DNA of 64,000 nt from Corallochytrium limacisporum Hawaii (lineage: Eukaryota > Protista > Pluriformea). Below the pieces are notes generated by a model. It did not search any database. It worked only from the letters and a program-made list of their open reading frames with translations, and was not told where the DNA came from. The stretch covers positions 62,001-126,000 of the forward strand of contig PDIP01000048.1 of assembly GCA_002811645.1 (NCBI GenBank). Direction: 5' to 3'. Positions 23,101 through 32,879 of the stretch are shown one piece after another (the stretch's first letter is position 1; each line of letters opens with the position of its first letter). The position numbers and the translations under genes were made by a program.

Positions 23101-23924
23101 GCCGAAATACCCACCACCCACCCTCCGAGCACGAAATGGCTGAACAGGAGGCGGAAATGTTCCAGAAGGTCACGGAGATCGTGGACACGGCGGAGGACCG
23201 TTGGTTGCTGCTCGCTTCGGAGCTGGAAGGAGACCAGGTAGACTCTTTGAGCGGTTCGCGCCTGAGCGTAGCGTCGTCAACGGCACTGCTCGATGTGCCG
23301 TCGTCCTCGTCGATGACCAACGGTGGGAGTAGCAGCGGTTCCAAGAGCACCAGTGCTGGCAAGGGCTCTGCACAGGCTTCGCCGTCTCAACGCAAGGGTG
23401 GCACGACATCGAGTCCCAGGGAAGAACAAAATCCCTTTTTCGATGAGGACGCACGTCTCATGCATGAAACCCTATCCGCTGTCCTGGAGGAAGCGTTTGA
23501 CCTCAACCACCGAAACCAATGGTTCCGCCGGCGCGTCTTGGCCGTCTTTAAAGGCACCATCTTCCGCCGCTATGGACAAACCATCAACAAAGAAGTGATC
23601 AAGCAGCTCAACATCCTACAGAGTGAGGAGTACCTCGAAAGCTACTTGAGGACCATACGCGAGAGTGTGTGGCCGGACGGCACCTGGTGTGCGCCATATC
23701 CTGCACCGACGGAGAAATTGAAGCTCGCGATGCGGATGGACGCCATCCGTGCATTGGGACGGGCCATGCCTGAGCAGGTGGCTCCGTTAGTATCGAACGT
23801 ATTTTGGACCGCGTCGATGACAAACCTGATTAATTCATGCAGTGATCCGCTGTTCAATAAGAGTTTAGTGTACACCATGCTGGACGCAATGGTGCAGCAG
23901 TTAACGGACGCTGGGGGCCGGTAG
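20160..23924 (+). CDS. PXA-RGS-PX-Nexin_C sorting nexin (SNX13/14/25/Mdm1-like) with an extra C2 domain
   Basis: Two N-terminal TM segments; PXA (ELNCIMDLFMRDCVWWWY, LHPA, E.EHVRRL); RGS (VLNN...FTEYL...LQGWMNIQSFR); PX (IPFPQR, LDKYMNMLL); Nexin_C (WFRRR, VWPDG, NKSLVY). Confidence 0.88.
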   Translation: MDIFDISHSAIFTLCGGVGFVSLLYALELLPGSGVWVSSTCLFIGFLAAALQAAESSEKAATRVLDRLGETNLSSRYLKDSPGAQGSEYRHRLKTEFAGSQAENGQASERLCRLKDSMPLLHKELNCIMDLFMRDCVWWWYQDIFESPAFPDATRDMLMDSLAKLVERDTNSENSADIAELVIFRLCHALVVHLRVTKEARNAVRMGKLEDFRSSLHPACASPQAELEHVRRLSATICRYAVPPGELTGAMASTMLPEILATGIIIPSVASVSQPYFIHSQIVSFFSPKRYKQMVTEPMKFELKQLSFLRKERKRSLDSAQRQRSRKSDPLTDNADSVLTARAKPLHYYYALVHMGPHLMKSKRAPVGEDDRLTFDLRATFPIFQEHGISELRIDLYRYDPMSVVKMVGYCAIPLGVLLEARESTKAYTLSVSQLDETELLVGAECTVESFTAMFKGTFKNMMTAEHHGDQLKHSESGEHLAVDDDDGDDGDDEEDRETKTATAALQNAKPVKLTMARVLNNIQDSLGPFTEYLMERDATAALQGWMNIQSFRLAFPVKATSEDSGLAQEALMQCGRIMDLHFKEDSPLRLRISPDLLLKLIQDRDSNNVASLCTTMLEIHHEIFSALERLYFRDFLESEYYAEYHRQRKERYQRLVTEHSSSTKSSPLGSASGGSTPQDDLKGSRDLTEPSQSDAKGESKHLTKRISEDSVGTVELENVDDLEDEMHAPGSASMNDHSAIGAAMQMLKEKRAIVNQQLDLKQTAHDRRLLLRESQQLHEEMRSLEAVARLSNTQFVYKVRVLNTRMIQYRGQITTSFLLDVSRVLTKTGVVDDNYQIWRTFISFQDFHRVMKGIFAKVEKIPFPQRGLFRKHSPERLKQIQSDLDKYMNMLLTDEMLAQARPVQLFLAPVRRAEARGTGPRSHKESAAHMANAQAERWRESGERRSAENSPRRTNEPTSASSPSSRGASPRELKPPLSPRRNTHHPPSEHEMAEQEAEMFQKVTEIVDTAEDRWLLLASELEGDQVDSLSGSRLSVASSTALLDVPSSSSMTNGGSSSGSKSTSAGKGSAQASPSQRKGGTTSSPREEQNPFFDEDARLMHETLSAVLEEAFDLNHRNQWFRRRVLAVFKGTIFRRYGQTINKEVIKQLNILQSEEYLESYLRTIRESVWPDGTWCAPYPAPTEKLKLAMRMDAIRALGRAMPEQVAPLVSNVFWTASMTNLINSCSDPLFNKSLVYTMLDAMVQQLTDAGGR

Positions 23925-24064
23925 AGACTTCATAATGAATCCTGTAAAATATCAAATATGACCGGTGGTATGTCGCAAAAGTGAAAACTTATGTACTGCT
24001 TCTTTTGAAAAGTCTTTATCAAAAGAAATTTTTCATTGAACATTTTGAGATTGTGCTGTCTGTT

Positions 24065-27000
24065 TTAACGGTAACCAGCGCCGCCGTAGCCGCCACGTTC
24101 ATTGGACGAGGATCCGTAGGCCTGTGGCGGCGGAGCATTCCCAAAAGTCTGCGCCATGGGCGCAAGCGGAGCGGCAGGCGCACCGCGTCCGCCGCTTCCG
24201 CTTCCTCCGTAGTCGCGGGGGCGACCGCCGGCTCCCGCTGCTGCCTGTGGAGGAGGACGGGCGTTCCAGTTCTGTTTGAACCAACGAATAAGGTCATCGA
24301 GGATCATATGGGTCTTACCGCGAAAGCGATAGCCACTGGGGTGCACTTCGACAGATTCCATACGGCAGGAATTGCGCTGACCGGGCTGGTAAGCCAGCGA
24401 GAGGGTGCCCGGGCGCTGGCGGGACAGGAATAGGACGTACGGGAACCGTTCTGGATTGGCTGCGACCTGATCCGCACAGAAGCGCTTGGCGCCTTCCTCG
24501 TCAACATCTTGGAATTTGGGGTGGTCTGTGGCGTCGCGCATGAAGGAAGAGACGGGCATAACGTACCGACCAATCAGTTCGTCCAGAGAATCGTAGCTCT
24601 CACGACCGATGCGCAGACGACTGCCAAGCTTGGCGGCCGTTCGATCCGCGCTCTCCTCTATGTCTACGTTTGCGTAAATGCCCTCTGCAATCTTCCAGGT
24701 CAGCGTCAGGTGCAGATCCACACGCGCTGGCCGAATGACACAATCGCCGATGTCCATTTTTTCCAAGTACTTGCTAGCCATAGCGTAATTGAAGTTGCGG
24801 AACGAATCATGCACGACCTGGCGCACAATATGCTGCGGCGCATTAGCTTCAGTCTTTGTTCGTTCGAGGGCTTCTTGGTCGTCAGCTTCCTTGTACTCAT
24901 CGTAATAACGGTCCAGGTGTCCCCGAGAGCGAGGCATGTTGCGAAGGTCGGAGCTACGACAAGTTAGGTCGACCTCAAACTCTTTGAAACGAATGCTCAA
25001 GACGCGAGCATCGATCGTTTGGTTGCGCTTCAGACGATCCCTCACAGACCGGACGTCGCGGTCTGACACATTGGTGCGACTGATGACGCCGCGCAATCCA
25101 TTGTCGAGCTTCACAGCAGCGCTATGGTCATCAACGAAAGCCACAGTCACACGCACCAAACAACCCTCGTAGAGAGTCTTCGGGCTTTCGCCAGTGAGCA
25201 GGTAGAAAACTTCGGGTTCAGTCAGAACCATGTAGCTAGCGCGCTTCTCTCCGAACGGAGCGATCAGTTCCTCCTTAATGTCCCGCAGAGTGATGCTCTT
25301 ATCGCCCTTGCCCATGGAAATAAGCTGCTGAGCGTATGCATCGAGGTCTAGAGCTCGCAAGGCGCCAGGGTTCTCACGGATTTCCTCGATGACAGCACTG
25401 GGATTAGCCTTGTCTTCAACTTCGTGTTCGAGGGCGTCGCGCGCTATCTTTCGGGCCATCGAGTACGACTCCGGGTGGATGCGAGTGAGATCGAGTGGCT
25501 CTTGCTTGGTGTCTTCAAACATTGCGTCACGCTCAAAGGCCGACGCCTTGACGGCAAGTACCAACAAGAAAGCAGCACAGTTCTCGAAGACGATCGCCCC
25601 AAGCTTACCTATGGAAATGATGTCCGTACGGGTGCGTAGTCCGCGGCTTTGGCTTTGGTTAATGTTGTTGATCAGCGCCTCAGCCTTGCGGAAGCCTAGA
25701 CCGCTCACAAACGGCACCACGCTCTGCGTGTGGGTCAGGTGGCAGGCCGCGTTAATGTCCACTCCAACCAGGGCGGTTGCGTTGATGACCTCGCGGTGCA
25801 GGATGGTGCGCAGCAAAGGCCGAGACACGCGGTGGTGCATGTGATGCAGCGGTAGGGTCAGAATATCGTCATCTGCGTTCGCGAGGCCGGCAATCTCCAG
25901 CAGCGGGTCTTGTGCGGCACGGCACAAGGACACGGCCGCGCGAAGATCGTCAGGGAGATCTGGGAACTCGAGCTGTGCCCGCTCGGAAGAACCAAAGGTA
26001 CGGCCAATATCCGGGTTGACAAAGTCAGCCTGTAGGTGGCTTAAACCAACCCGATCGAGGGTGTGCCTGACGTCCTCCATGACATCGCGTGCCTCCATCA
26101 TATCGGCAGGGATGAGCATCCGGTCCGGTCGGGCACGGAGCATAATCTCACCCAATTCATCCAATTCTTTCTGGCGCTCCGGATCCTTACGCAGGCGCGG
26201 GTTGCCGACAGCATGGATGAATTGGAGCTTCTCTGTTATATCTAGATTGCCTTTTCGATCGATGGTGACAAGGAAGGAAGATTCCTTGGTCGTATTTGAT
26301 AGATAGATGCAGGCCACTTTGGCCTTGTTTACACCAACGGAGTCATCAAACTCATCATCGTCGTCATCGTAGTCATCATCCCGGTTGTGAGTCTTGCTAA
26401 GACGCGGAACGGGCTGCATCATTACGCGACGGTACAATTTCTGTGCACATTCCTCAGCGATATACTGTGTGGTTGCGCGCGTTAGCGCCGTGCGACATTG
26501 CTTCTCGAAATGTGGGAAGCAATACTTGTTCAAGACCATGTTGATGACCTGACGACGCTCCTCATTCCAAGATGCTGAGTTCTCTACAAAGTCTTCTTCA
26601 AGAAAGAAGTTTTCTACCGTGCGGGTAAACTCCTTGATGTCAGCATCAAAGGTGACTTGCATGAGTCCTTGCTTTTCAGCAGCTTCCAATTCGAGCCATT
26701 CGCTGCCACGGAAGGTGTCCAGCGGCTTGCCACGGAGGTACTTCATGCCACCCACTGGATGGAATTCATCAATGATTTTGATACCCTTCTGTGTCGGTTC
26801 CGCATTGATTCGCACGATAGATGAGTAGTTCGAACGTAGATACTTGCGGACCTTTGGGTGGTTGGCCAAGTCCATTGCATAACAGAGACGTGCGGCAGTC
26901 AGCACCTCGGTAGAGTCTGGGAAGTGACGGCTTACATGCTCCTCGGCCATCACGTCTGGACTGCTCTCCTCCGTCGGTGGCTTGTGAATGAGAGAGCTGG

Positions 27001-28993
27001 CTTCTAGATTTATGGCAAACTGTTCCGCACTGAGACCGAGACGACTAGCGAACTGGATGATCCCACCTTTGCGGAACAAAGGGTACAAATCTCGGCGACT
27101 GGCTTTCTTGGTACCCTTAGCCTTCTCTCCTTTCTGTTGCATAAGAGTGATACGAAGATTGTGGTACGCCGTTAACACGTCACCGTAATGCAGCTGAATA
27201 AAATCCTGGACGTCCGACAACTCTATGTCTGTTGTAGCGGCCTCAAGAAACTCATAGTCTGACTGATGCACTGGCCGAATGTAGGCCAGATCAAGCTGTG
27301 CGACCATCTCGTACAAAGTTTTGTTGTCCGCTGCTTCCGGATTGTCGTACTTCTCTCCCTTCAACGATACCATAGCAAGAGATTTGGCTGTGTCTGTGAC
27401 TCCATTTGTTTCCTTCTCACCGTTCTCGGTATTGTCAGGGGCGGATTCCAGATTGCGTCCGGTCACAGGAAGTGCACCAGACATGGCTCGCTCCAGGCGA
27501 TCAATAAGGTTCAGGGTTTGTCCGAGATTCGTGCGAGTCTTCTTGAAAGTGGTCCAACGCATGTCATAGTCGTAGATACGCCACAGGTCGTCCACATTCA
27601 GCTGCGGCCCAATTTCCTCCCGTCTGTATCGAAGGATAAAGGGCACCTCCTTCTTCTCGTTGCGAACGAGCTTCAGCACATTGGCAATGAACAGCTGTAT
27701 CTCAGGCTGCTTGACATAGGAAGTTGCCTTTGAACCCTTTCGGGCCAGAGGACGGTCAGTGGGTGAAACACGGAAGTCCTGTTCACCACTGAAGGCATTC
27801 TTGAAGATCCAGCTTGACTCTTCTTCGATCTCTTCCGGTGCGGCACTGTGATCAACGTCAATGCCCCAGTCTAGCTGCATGCGTTCCGGTACGTCGCTCA
27901 TGCGAATTACATCGTCCTTCTCTGTCAACATCTTCTTCTCCAACACAGCCGGTTCGTAGATTTCTGTAAGATGCATTTTCTTCTTGGCTCGTTTCTGTGC
28001 CTTCTGGCGGCGGCGCTCTTCACGGGCAGCCCTTGCCTCCTGACGAGCGCGCCGGGCTTCCTCAGTCTGTTCATCGTCATCACCCTCAATGAAATCGGCC
28101 ATGTCATCTTCGTCCTCTTCGTCAAGATCATCATCCAAGTCATCTTCCGGCTCCTCGCCTTCTTCAGACTCAACATCTGACCCGAGAATGTCACGCCACT
28201 CCATGTCGTCACCGAAAATTTCACGAGCTTCTGCCAGGGCTTCGTCACCGTAGTCCATGGGTCCCTGATGGATCGCCCGACCCTCATTATCGACTAGCCA
28301 ACCATCGTCTTCCTCCTCATACTCTTGTTGACGGCGGGGGCGGTCACGAGGATGGCCACGTCGCGGATCCCGACGGTCGTGGTCGTCGTACTCTTCTCCT
28401 TCTTCGTCCTCCTCGTCATCAACATGGCCCTTGCGGTCTTCGTCCTTACCCTCATAGTCATCTCCATCGCTGAATGCAATATCGTCACGCTCTTTCGTCG
28501 ATTCCGGCCGCACATCACGCTCTTCCACTGCACCACGGCGAATTCGAGACTGACCCTTACGTTCGGCACGCAATTCTTCAATGGAACGTCCCGTGTTTTC
28601 AGCAATAAGTTCAAGATCTTCGTCATCAATATCATCTTCATCGGCGAAGTCATCATCCATGTCCGGAAGTTGTCCTTGCTCGGCACCCTCACCTTCACCC
28701 CCTTCGGCAGAAGGGGCTGCAGCAACCCGATGCCTCCGGATCACCGGTTCATCTTCGTCGTCCTCATCTGAATCCAAAACTGCACGACGCTTTGCGGCCA
28801 GTGTCGCTGCGGCTGTTCCGGGACCGTCGTCCTCGTCATCTTCCGCGGGACGTTTTGACCCACTGGGAATGTCTTCTGTTTTAATCACCGGTTCCTCTTC
28901 AGCTTTGACCGGCTGAGTCGGCTGAGTGGGCTGAACATCGTCGTCCTCGTCGGAGAACGTTGCGATTTCTGCACGGTCTGCTCCGTCTGCCAT
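24065..28993 (-). CDS. SPT6: Transcription elongation factor / histone chaperone SPT6
   Basis: Acidic N-terminus, IRMSDVPERMQ, EVPFILRYRRE, FVSGLGFRKA, LDLTRIHPESY..ARKIA.DALE, S1 domain and tandem SH2 domains. Confidence 0.97.
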   Translation of the reverse strand: MADGADRAEIATFSDEDDDVQPTQPTQPVKAEEEPVIKTEDIPSGSKRPAEDDEDDGPGTAAATLAAKRRAVLDSDEDDEDEPVIRRHRVAAAPSAEGGEGEGAEQGQLPDMDDDFADEDDIDDEDLELIAENTGRSIEELRAERKGQSRIRRGAVEERDVRPESTKERDDIAFSDGDDYEGKDEDRKGHVDDEEDEEGEEYDDHDRRDPRRGHPRDRPRRQQEYEEEDDGWLVDNEGRAIHQGPMDYGDEALAEAREIFGDDMEWRDILGSDVESEEGEEPEDDLDDDLDEEDEDDMADFIEGDDDEQTEEARRARQEARAAREERRRQKAQKRAKKKMHLTEIYEPAVLEKKMLTEKDDVIRMSDVPERMQLDWGIDVDHSAAPEEIEEESSWIFKNAFSGEQDFRVSPTDRPLARKGSKATSYVKQPEIQLFIANVLKLVRNEKKEVPFILRYRREEIGPQLNVDDLWRIYDYDMRWTTFKKTRTNLGQTLNLIDRLERAMSGALPVTGRNLESAPDNTENGEKETNGVTDTAKSLAMVSLKGEKYDNPEAADNKTLYEMVAQLDLAYIRPVHQSDYEFLEAATTDIELSDVQDFIQLHYGDVLTAYHNLRITLMQQKGEKAKGTKKASRRDLYPLFRKGGIIQFASRLGLSAEQFAINLEASSLIHKPPTEESSPDVMAEEHVSRHFPDSTEVLTAARLCYAMDLANHPKVRKYLRSNYSSIVRINAEPTQKGIKIIDEFHPVGGMKYLRGKPLDTFRGSEWLELEAAEKQGLMQVTFDADIKEFTRTVENFFLEEDFVENSASWNEERRQVINMVLNKYCFPHFEKQCRTALTRATTQYIAEECAQKLYRRVMMQPVPRLSKTHNRDDDYDDDDDEFDDSVGVNKAKVACIYLSNTTKESSFLVTIDRKGNLDITEKLQFIHAVGNPRLRKDPERQKELDELGEIMLRARPDRMLIPADMMEARDVMEDVRHTLDRVGLSHLQADFVNPDIGRTFGSSERAQLEFPDLPDDLRAAVSLCRAAQDPLLEIAGLANADDDILTLPLHHMHHRVSRPLLRTILHREVINATALVGVDINAACHLTHTQSVVPFVSGLGFRKAEALINNINQSQSRGLRTRTDIISIGKLGAIVFENCAAFLLVLAVKASAFERDAMFEDTKQEPLDLTRIHPESYSMARKIARDALEHEVEDKANPSAVIEEIRENPGALRALDLDAYAQQLISMGKGDKSITLRDIKEELIAPFGEKRASYMVLTEPEVFYLLTGESPKTLYEGCLVRVTVAFVDDHSAAVKLDNGLRGVISRTNVSDRDVRSVRDRLKRNQTIDARVLSIRFKEFEVDLTCRSSDLRNMPRSRGHLDRYYDEYKEADDQEALERTKTEANAPQHIVRQVVHDSFRNFNYAMASKYLEKMDIGDCVIRPARVDLHLTLTWKIAEGIYANVDIEESADRTAAKLGSRLRIGRESYDSLDELIGRYVMPVSSFMRDATDHPKFQDVDEEGAKRFCADQVAANPERFPYVLFLSRQRPGTLSLAYQPGQRNSCRMESVEVHPSGYRFRGKTHMILDDLIRWFKQNWNARPPPQAAAGAGGRPRDYGGSGSGGRGAPAAPLAPMAQTFGNAPPPQAYGSSSNERGGYGGAGYR

Positions 28994-29680
28994 ACTTCCA
29001 ACGAAACAATACTACTCCGTTAACCACACCCTATTTACACCGCATGCTAATTATTTCAAGTGTATGCTCGGTATCCGATTTATGAACCACCAGTATCAAT
29101 GTTCCGTTTTCTTTAAAGGAGCGGATTACGCAACGTTCACACCACAACATCATGATTTGCCTTTGCATGACCTAAATAGTAGTGTAAATTGTAACAACAG
29201 CATTGGTGAATTAGTTCGAACATAATCCTCAACTTAGCGAGTAAAGAAGGCTGTGAGCGAAAGAAACTGATGAAATGAAAATAAAAACCAAAACACCTAT
29301 GGTTCCAAAAGCCACTGCCGGGTCGTGCCTATATTTTCTCTCTCCTTGGTCCCCGAGCAAGGGCCCTCCCCCTTCCATTGTGACCGCGCGGGATTTCGAT
29401 CGAGTGGGCCCCCCCCGGGGGCTTCGGTTTGGAATGGAGTGACGGGGAGAGGCCTCCGCGGGCGGGGAGGGCCACACCACGCAGCTGTTCAGACCCGCCC
29501 GGAACCTAATTGCGGGACTGAGGGACCCGAAAAGTCGTTTGATAGTGACTTGCTGACGAGTTGTCCTCATTTGCTCAGCTACTTCAGTCACTCATGGCCA
29601 TATGTTTATTTTGGTCTGGTGACAACATTGCAGACGAATAGACAAGCTGTGCATTTACAGATCACACGGCGGGGTAAACC

Positions 29681-30190
29681 ATGGCAGGCACGAAAGGCAT
29701 GCGGGATCGCATCCGTCGCAAGCATCGCCTTGCAAGCCGAAAAGCAGAAACGGACAAGGCCGAAGAGAAGAAAACAAAAGAAATTGAAGCTGTTGAAGAG
29801 CAGAAGACTAAACGGGAAAAGAAAGAAGCCAAACGTGCAATCAAAATCGAGGCTATGGCTCGTAGAAACAAAGCACTGCGCAAGATTCAAGCGCGTCATC
29901 AGAGAAACCAGGACACCAAGGACCAACCCCTGGCAGGAGTGGGATCGATGTTCGATGCTATTGAGAGCATTGATGAAGAGACAATCAAGAAGGACCTTGT
30001 GAAGAAGCACAAGGTCAAGAAGCAACAGATTCAGCCAAAGGTTGTTAAGTCGCGAAAGGGACGACAGTATGCGGCTGTAAAGGAGTCTATGATCTTCAAC
30101 TCCGTGCTCAAAAATGATACGTTCAAAAAGGACCCTCTGGGTGCTCTTGCACAGCACATCCGTGCCAAGGTGAACGCAAAGGCCATCTAG
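29681..30190 (+). CDS. SLX9: Ribosome biogenesis protein SLX9/FAM207A-like
   Basis: Small, highly basic protein whose C-terminal E..FNSVLKNDTFKKDPLGALAQHI matches the Slx9 family motif (F..VL....F..DP..A+..H+). Confidence 0.75.
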   Translation: MAGTKGMRDRIRRKHRLASRKAETDKAEEKKTKEIEAVEEQKTKREKKEAKRAIKIEAMARRNKALRKIQARHQRNQDTKDQPLAGVGSMFDAIESIDEETIKKDLVKKHKVKKQQIQPKVVKSRKGRQYAAVKESMIFNSVLKNDTFKKDPLGALAQHIRAKVNAKAI

Positions 30191-30302
30191 GATGTTAGCA
30201 ACGCTCGAAACTTACGTAAAGAAAAACCCTGTACCATATCGAATTATTCATGCTTATCTAACATTTTAATACATACAACCTACAAACATTGAAGCTTTTG
30301 GT

Positions 30303-31187
30303 TCATAGCTTAAATCCAGAATGAATAGCGGCAACACCAAAGGTGAGGTTCTCGTAATCAACTTCTTTGAATCCAGCCTCTCGTACGATGCCAGCAAAGG
30401 TTTCTTGGTCCGGGAATCGTCGAATAGACTCAACTAGGTACTGATACGAGTCACGATCGTCCGCCAGCAGCCGACCCATCTCCGGGATCACATTGAAAGA
30501 GTATAGATCATAGAGCTGTTTGAGCGCCGGGTAAGGTACCTGAGAGAACTCCAGAACCATCAGCCGACCACCAGGTTTCAGCACCCGGTATGCTTCACGG
30601 ACCACCTGGTCCGGGTGTGTTGTGTTGCGAATGCAAAATGCGATCGTATATGCATCGAAGGTATTGTCTTCGAAAGGCAGAGCCTCTGCATTGCCCTGAA
30701 CCCATTCCATGATGTTTTCTGAAATTCCCATACTAGACATACGTTGCTTGCCGACTTCTAACATCTCAGCATTGATATCAAAGACCGTGACGATTGGTCC
30801 TTCAGCCTCCATGAGAGCACGTGCGTGGTTTTGTTGCATGTACTTGGCAAAGCGGAAGGCAATATCTCCAGTACCACCGCCCACATCTAAAAGTTTCATT
30901 CCTGGCCTAGGTCCTAGCTTGGCAATGTAGTGGTCTTTCCACAGTCGGTGAACTCCGGCGCTCATAGCATCATTCATAAGATCATAAGAATCCGCTACGT
31001 TGGAGAATACGGCCCGCACTTTGTCTTCCTTTTCATCTTCGTCGACTGTCTGGTAGCCGAAATGTGTTTTGCGCTTTTCCTCACCGTAATGTCTAGATGT
31101 CTTCAGAAGACCACCAGCAATAGATCGCGGAGCAGTCTTCAGAGGACGCTGTCGCAGAGTTTGCCGGACCAGATTCGCAAGAGACAT
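30303..31187 (-). CDS. COQ5: Mitochondrial ubiquinone biosynthesis C-methyltransferase (COQ5/UbiE family)
   Basis: Mitochondrial presequence, [50 protein letters not shown]-terminal AIHSGFKL. Confidence 0.97.
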   Translation of the reverse strand: MSLANLVRQTLRQRPLKTAPRSIAGGLLKTSRHYGEEKRKTHFGYQTVDEDEKEDKVRAVFSNVADSYDLMNDAMSAGVHRLWKDHYIAKLGPRPGMKLLDVGGGTGDIAFRFAKYMQQNHARALMEAEGPIVTVFDINAEMLEVGKQRMSSMGISENIMEWVQGNAEALPFEDNTFDAYTIAFCIRNTTHPDQVVREAYRVLKPGGRLMVLEFSQVPYPALKQLYDLYSFNVIPEMGRLLADDRDSYQYLVESIRRFPDQETFAGIVREAGFKEVDYENLTFGVAAIHSGFKL

Positions 31188-31571
31188 GTTTGTGCATGCG
31201 TCGATTCAGATCGTCTGCCATGTGTTCTTCAGTCTTTTCTGCCAAAGTCGTCTATAATGCTATCAGCGTGTGTTGGAATGCGAAACGAAAGGTTCGCGGC
31301 CTTAAATATGCCCGCCAGCATACATTTTCCTCCTGCCCGGTTATGTCGTCACACGAGCCAGTCTATCAGGTGGGAGAGGGTGGGGAGGAGATCGACCTTA
31401 GAATGGACTCAAGGGTAGTGGTCGACAAGTGGATACCGGTATGTCGATATGCATCGGATGAAGTGGACGCAACAACAGCAACATGTACTAGATCAACGCA
31501 AATGAGATAATCATTTTTATTAGACGAGCAGTTGTAGGCTGCCCTAAAATTATTGTTTTTCATACACTAGT

Positions 31572-31772
31572 TTACATTTCGTCAGCCATCTTCTTGCCTT
31601 TGTTCGTCAACTTGCGGAGCATACGACGGATCCAGCGGTTCAGAGAAACTCCGGTCCAAACACCAAAAACATATATGCAACCCGCAATGATAAGACCGGC
31701 CTTGCCGCTGAGAATCAGGCGATTGTCAGGCGTAAGCCCAATTGCACGACCACCAACACCTGAGCCAGACAT
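31572..31772 (-). CDS. 66-aa single-pass membrane microprotein, mitoregulin-like
   Basis: ACC-ATG start; one hydrophobic segment with GxxxG (GVWTG) followed by basic NRWIRR; occupies its own gene-sized slot upstream of COQ5. Confidence 0.7.
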   Translation of the reverse strand: MSGSGVGGRAIGLTPDNRLILSGKAGLIIAGCIYVFGVWTGVSLNRWIRRMLRKLTNKGKKMADEM

Positions 31773-32879
31773 GGTGAACAGAAGAGTCAGTTGTTCTGCA
31801 GTAGTATGGAGAACGGCTCTCTGTCACGTCGATCTATTGCAACCATAGGACCTCCGGCAAATACCTCCGCGCCCTAGGTGGTAAAATCGTTCTCGTGGCC
31901 GCGAACGAACAAAGTGGTGGATTTCGGAACGGCGAGCAGGTGGGTTCTTTCAGGGATTTGGAGAAAGGGAGAGGGTGCGGGGGAGTGGACTATGGGGACA
32001 AAGAGGTCTACGCGAGATCGTGCAAAGGTTGAGACACCAATCTGTTGCGAACTGTCATTAAATTGATCTGTTGACTGCTACGATGTCAATGGAGTACTGG
32101 ATGTCAATACCTTTGGATCATTTTCTATACTTACATGGAAAGCAATTGCATAGTGTACGTCCTTTCAACCCCGATCACGATAGTCAACAATGCGAACAGC
32201 TCGCCTCTCCCGACTTTTAACTGAAACCCTCATTTCAGAAACGGAACCCTCCCTGATTGGCTAGTGATGTAGGCAACCCCTTGGTAATAGTATCTGGAGG
32301 GGAAAATAAAATTTTTGCGGTCAATTTTCATACTACCATAAACCCGTATAGGTGCCAAGAAATAAGCGTGTTACAACAATATAGCGAATGTACTATCAAA
32401 CTTTCAGCCCAAAGAAACTTGCCTTCAGCGCTCCAATGAGCAGGCTGATGGGATCGTGCTCGCCCCTTCCCCTACCCCCCCCACGCAGGAAAAGGTCTGA
32501 GGAGCAGGCCCCGTTGCCAGTACAAAATGAACCGACCCGGGCCCGTTGCTAACTGAGCTCGCGGTGGCGGGGTGAGTCCTTCCGACTTGGTCACTAGGCC
32601 TTGGCCGCCTGTGCATCCAATCCCATTCCACGGTCGTGCACTTTTAACATGTACCCGGCCGTAATCGTTGCGTCACAAGCAACCGCAGACAGTATTCAAA
32701 AAATAATTTTCCCCATTGCAACCAAGGCGTCGGTGTACATGTGGGGGTGGCGCTGTGTCCTGTGAAAACGACAGCTCCAGTAAGCAGGATCTGGAAAATG
32801 TCATCTATGGGGTATTTTAGAGCTTCTTAGCAGAATAACTCGTCGTGAATATAGGCACAACTACATAAACGAAATAAAG

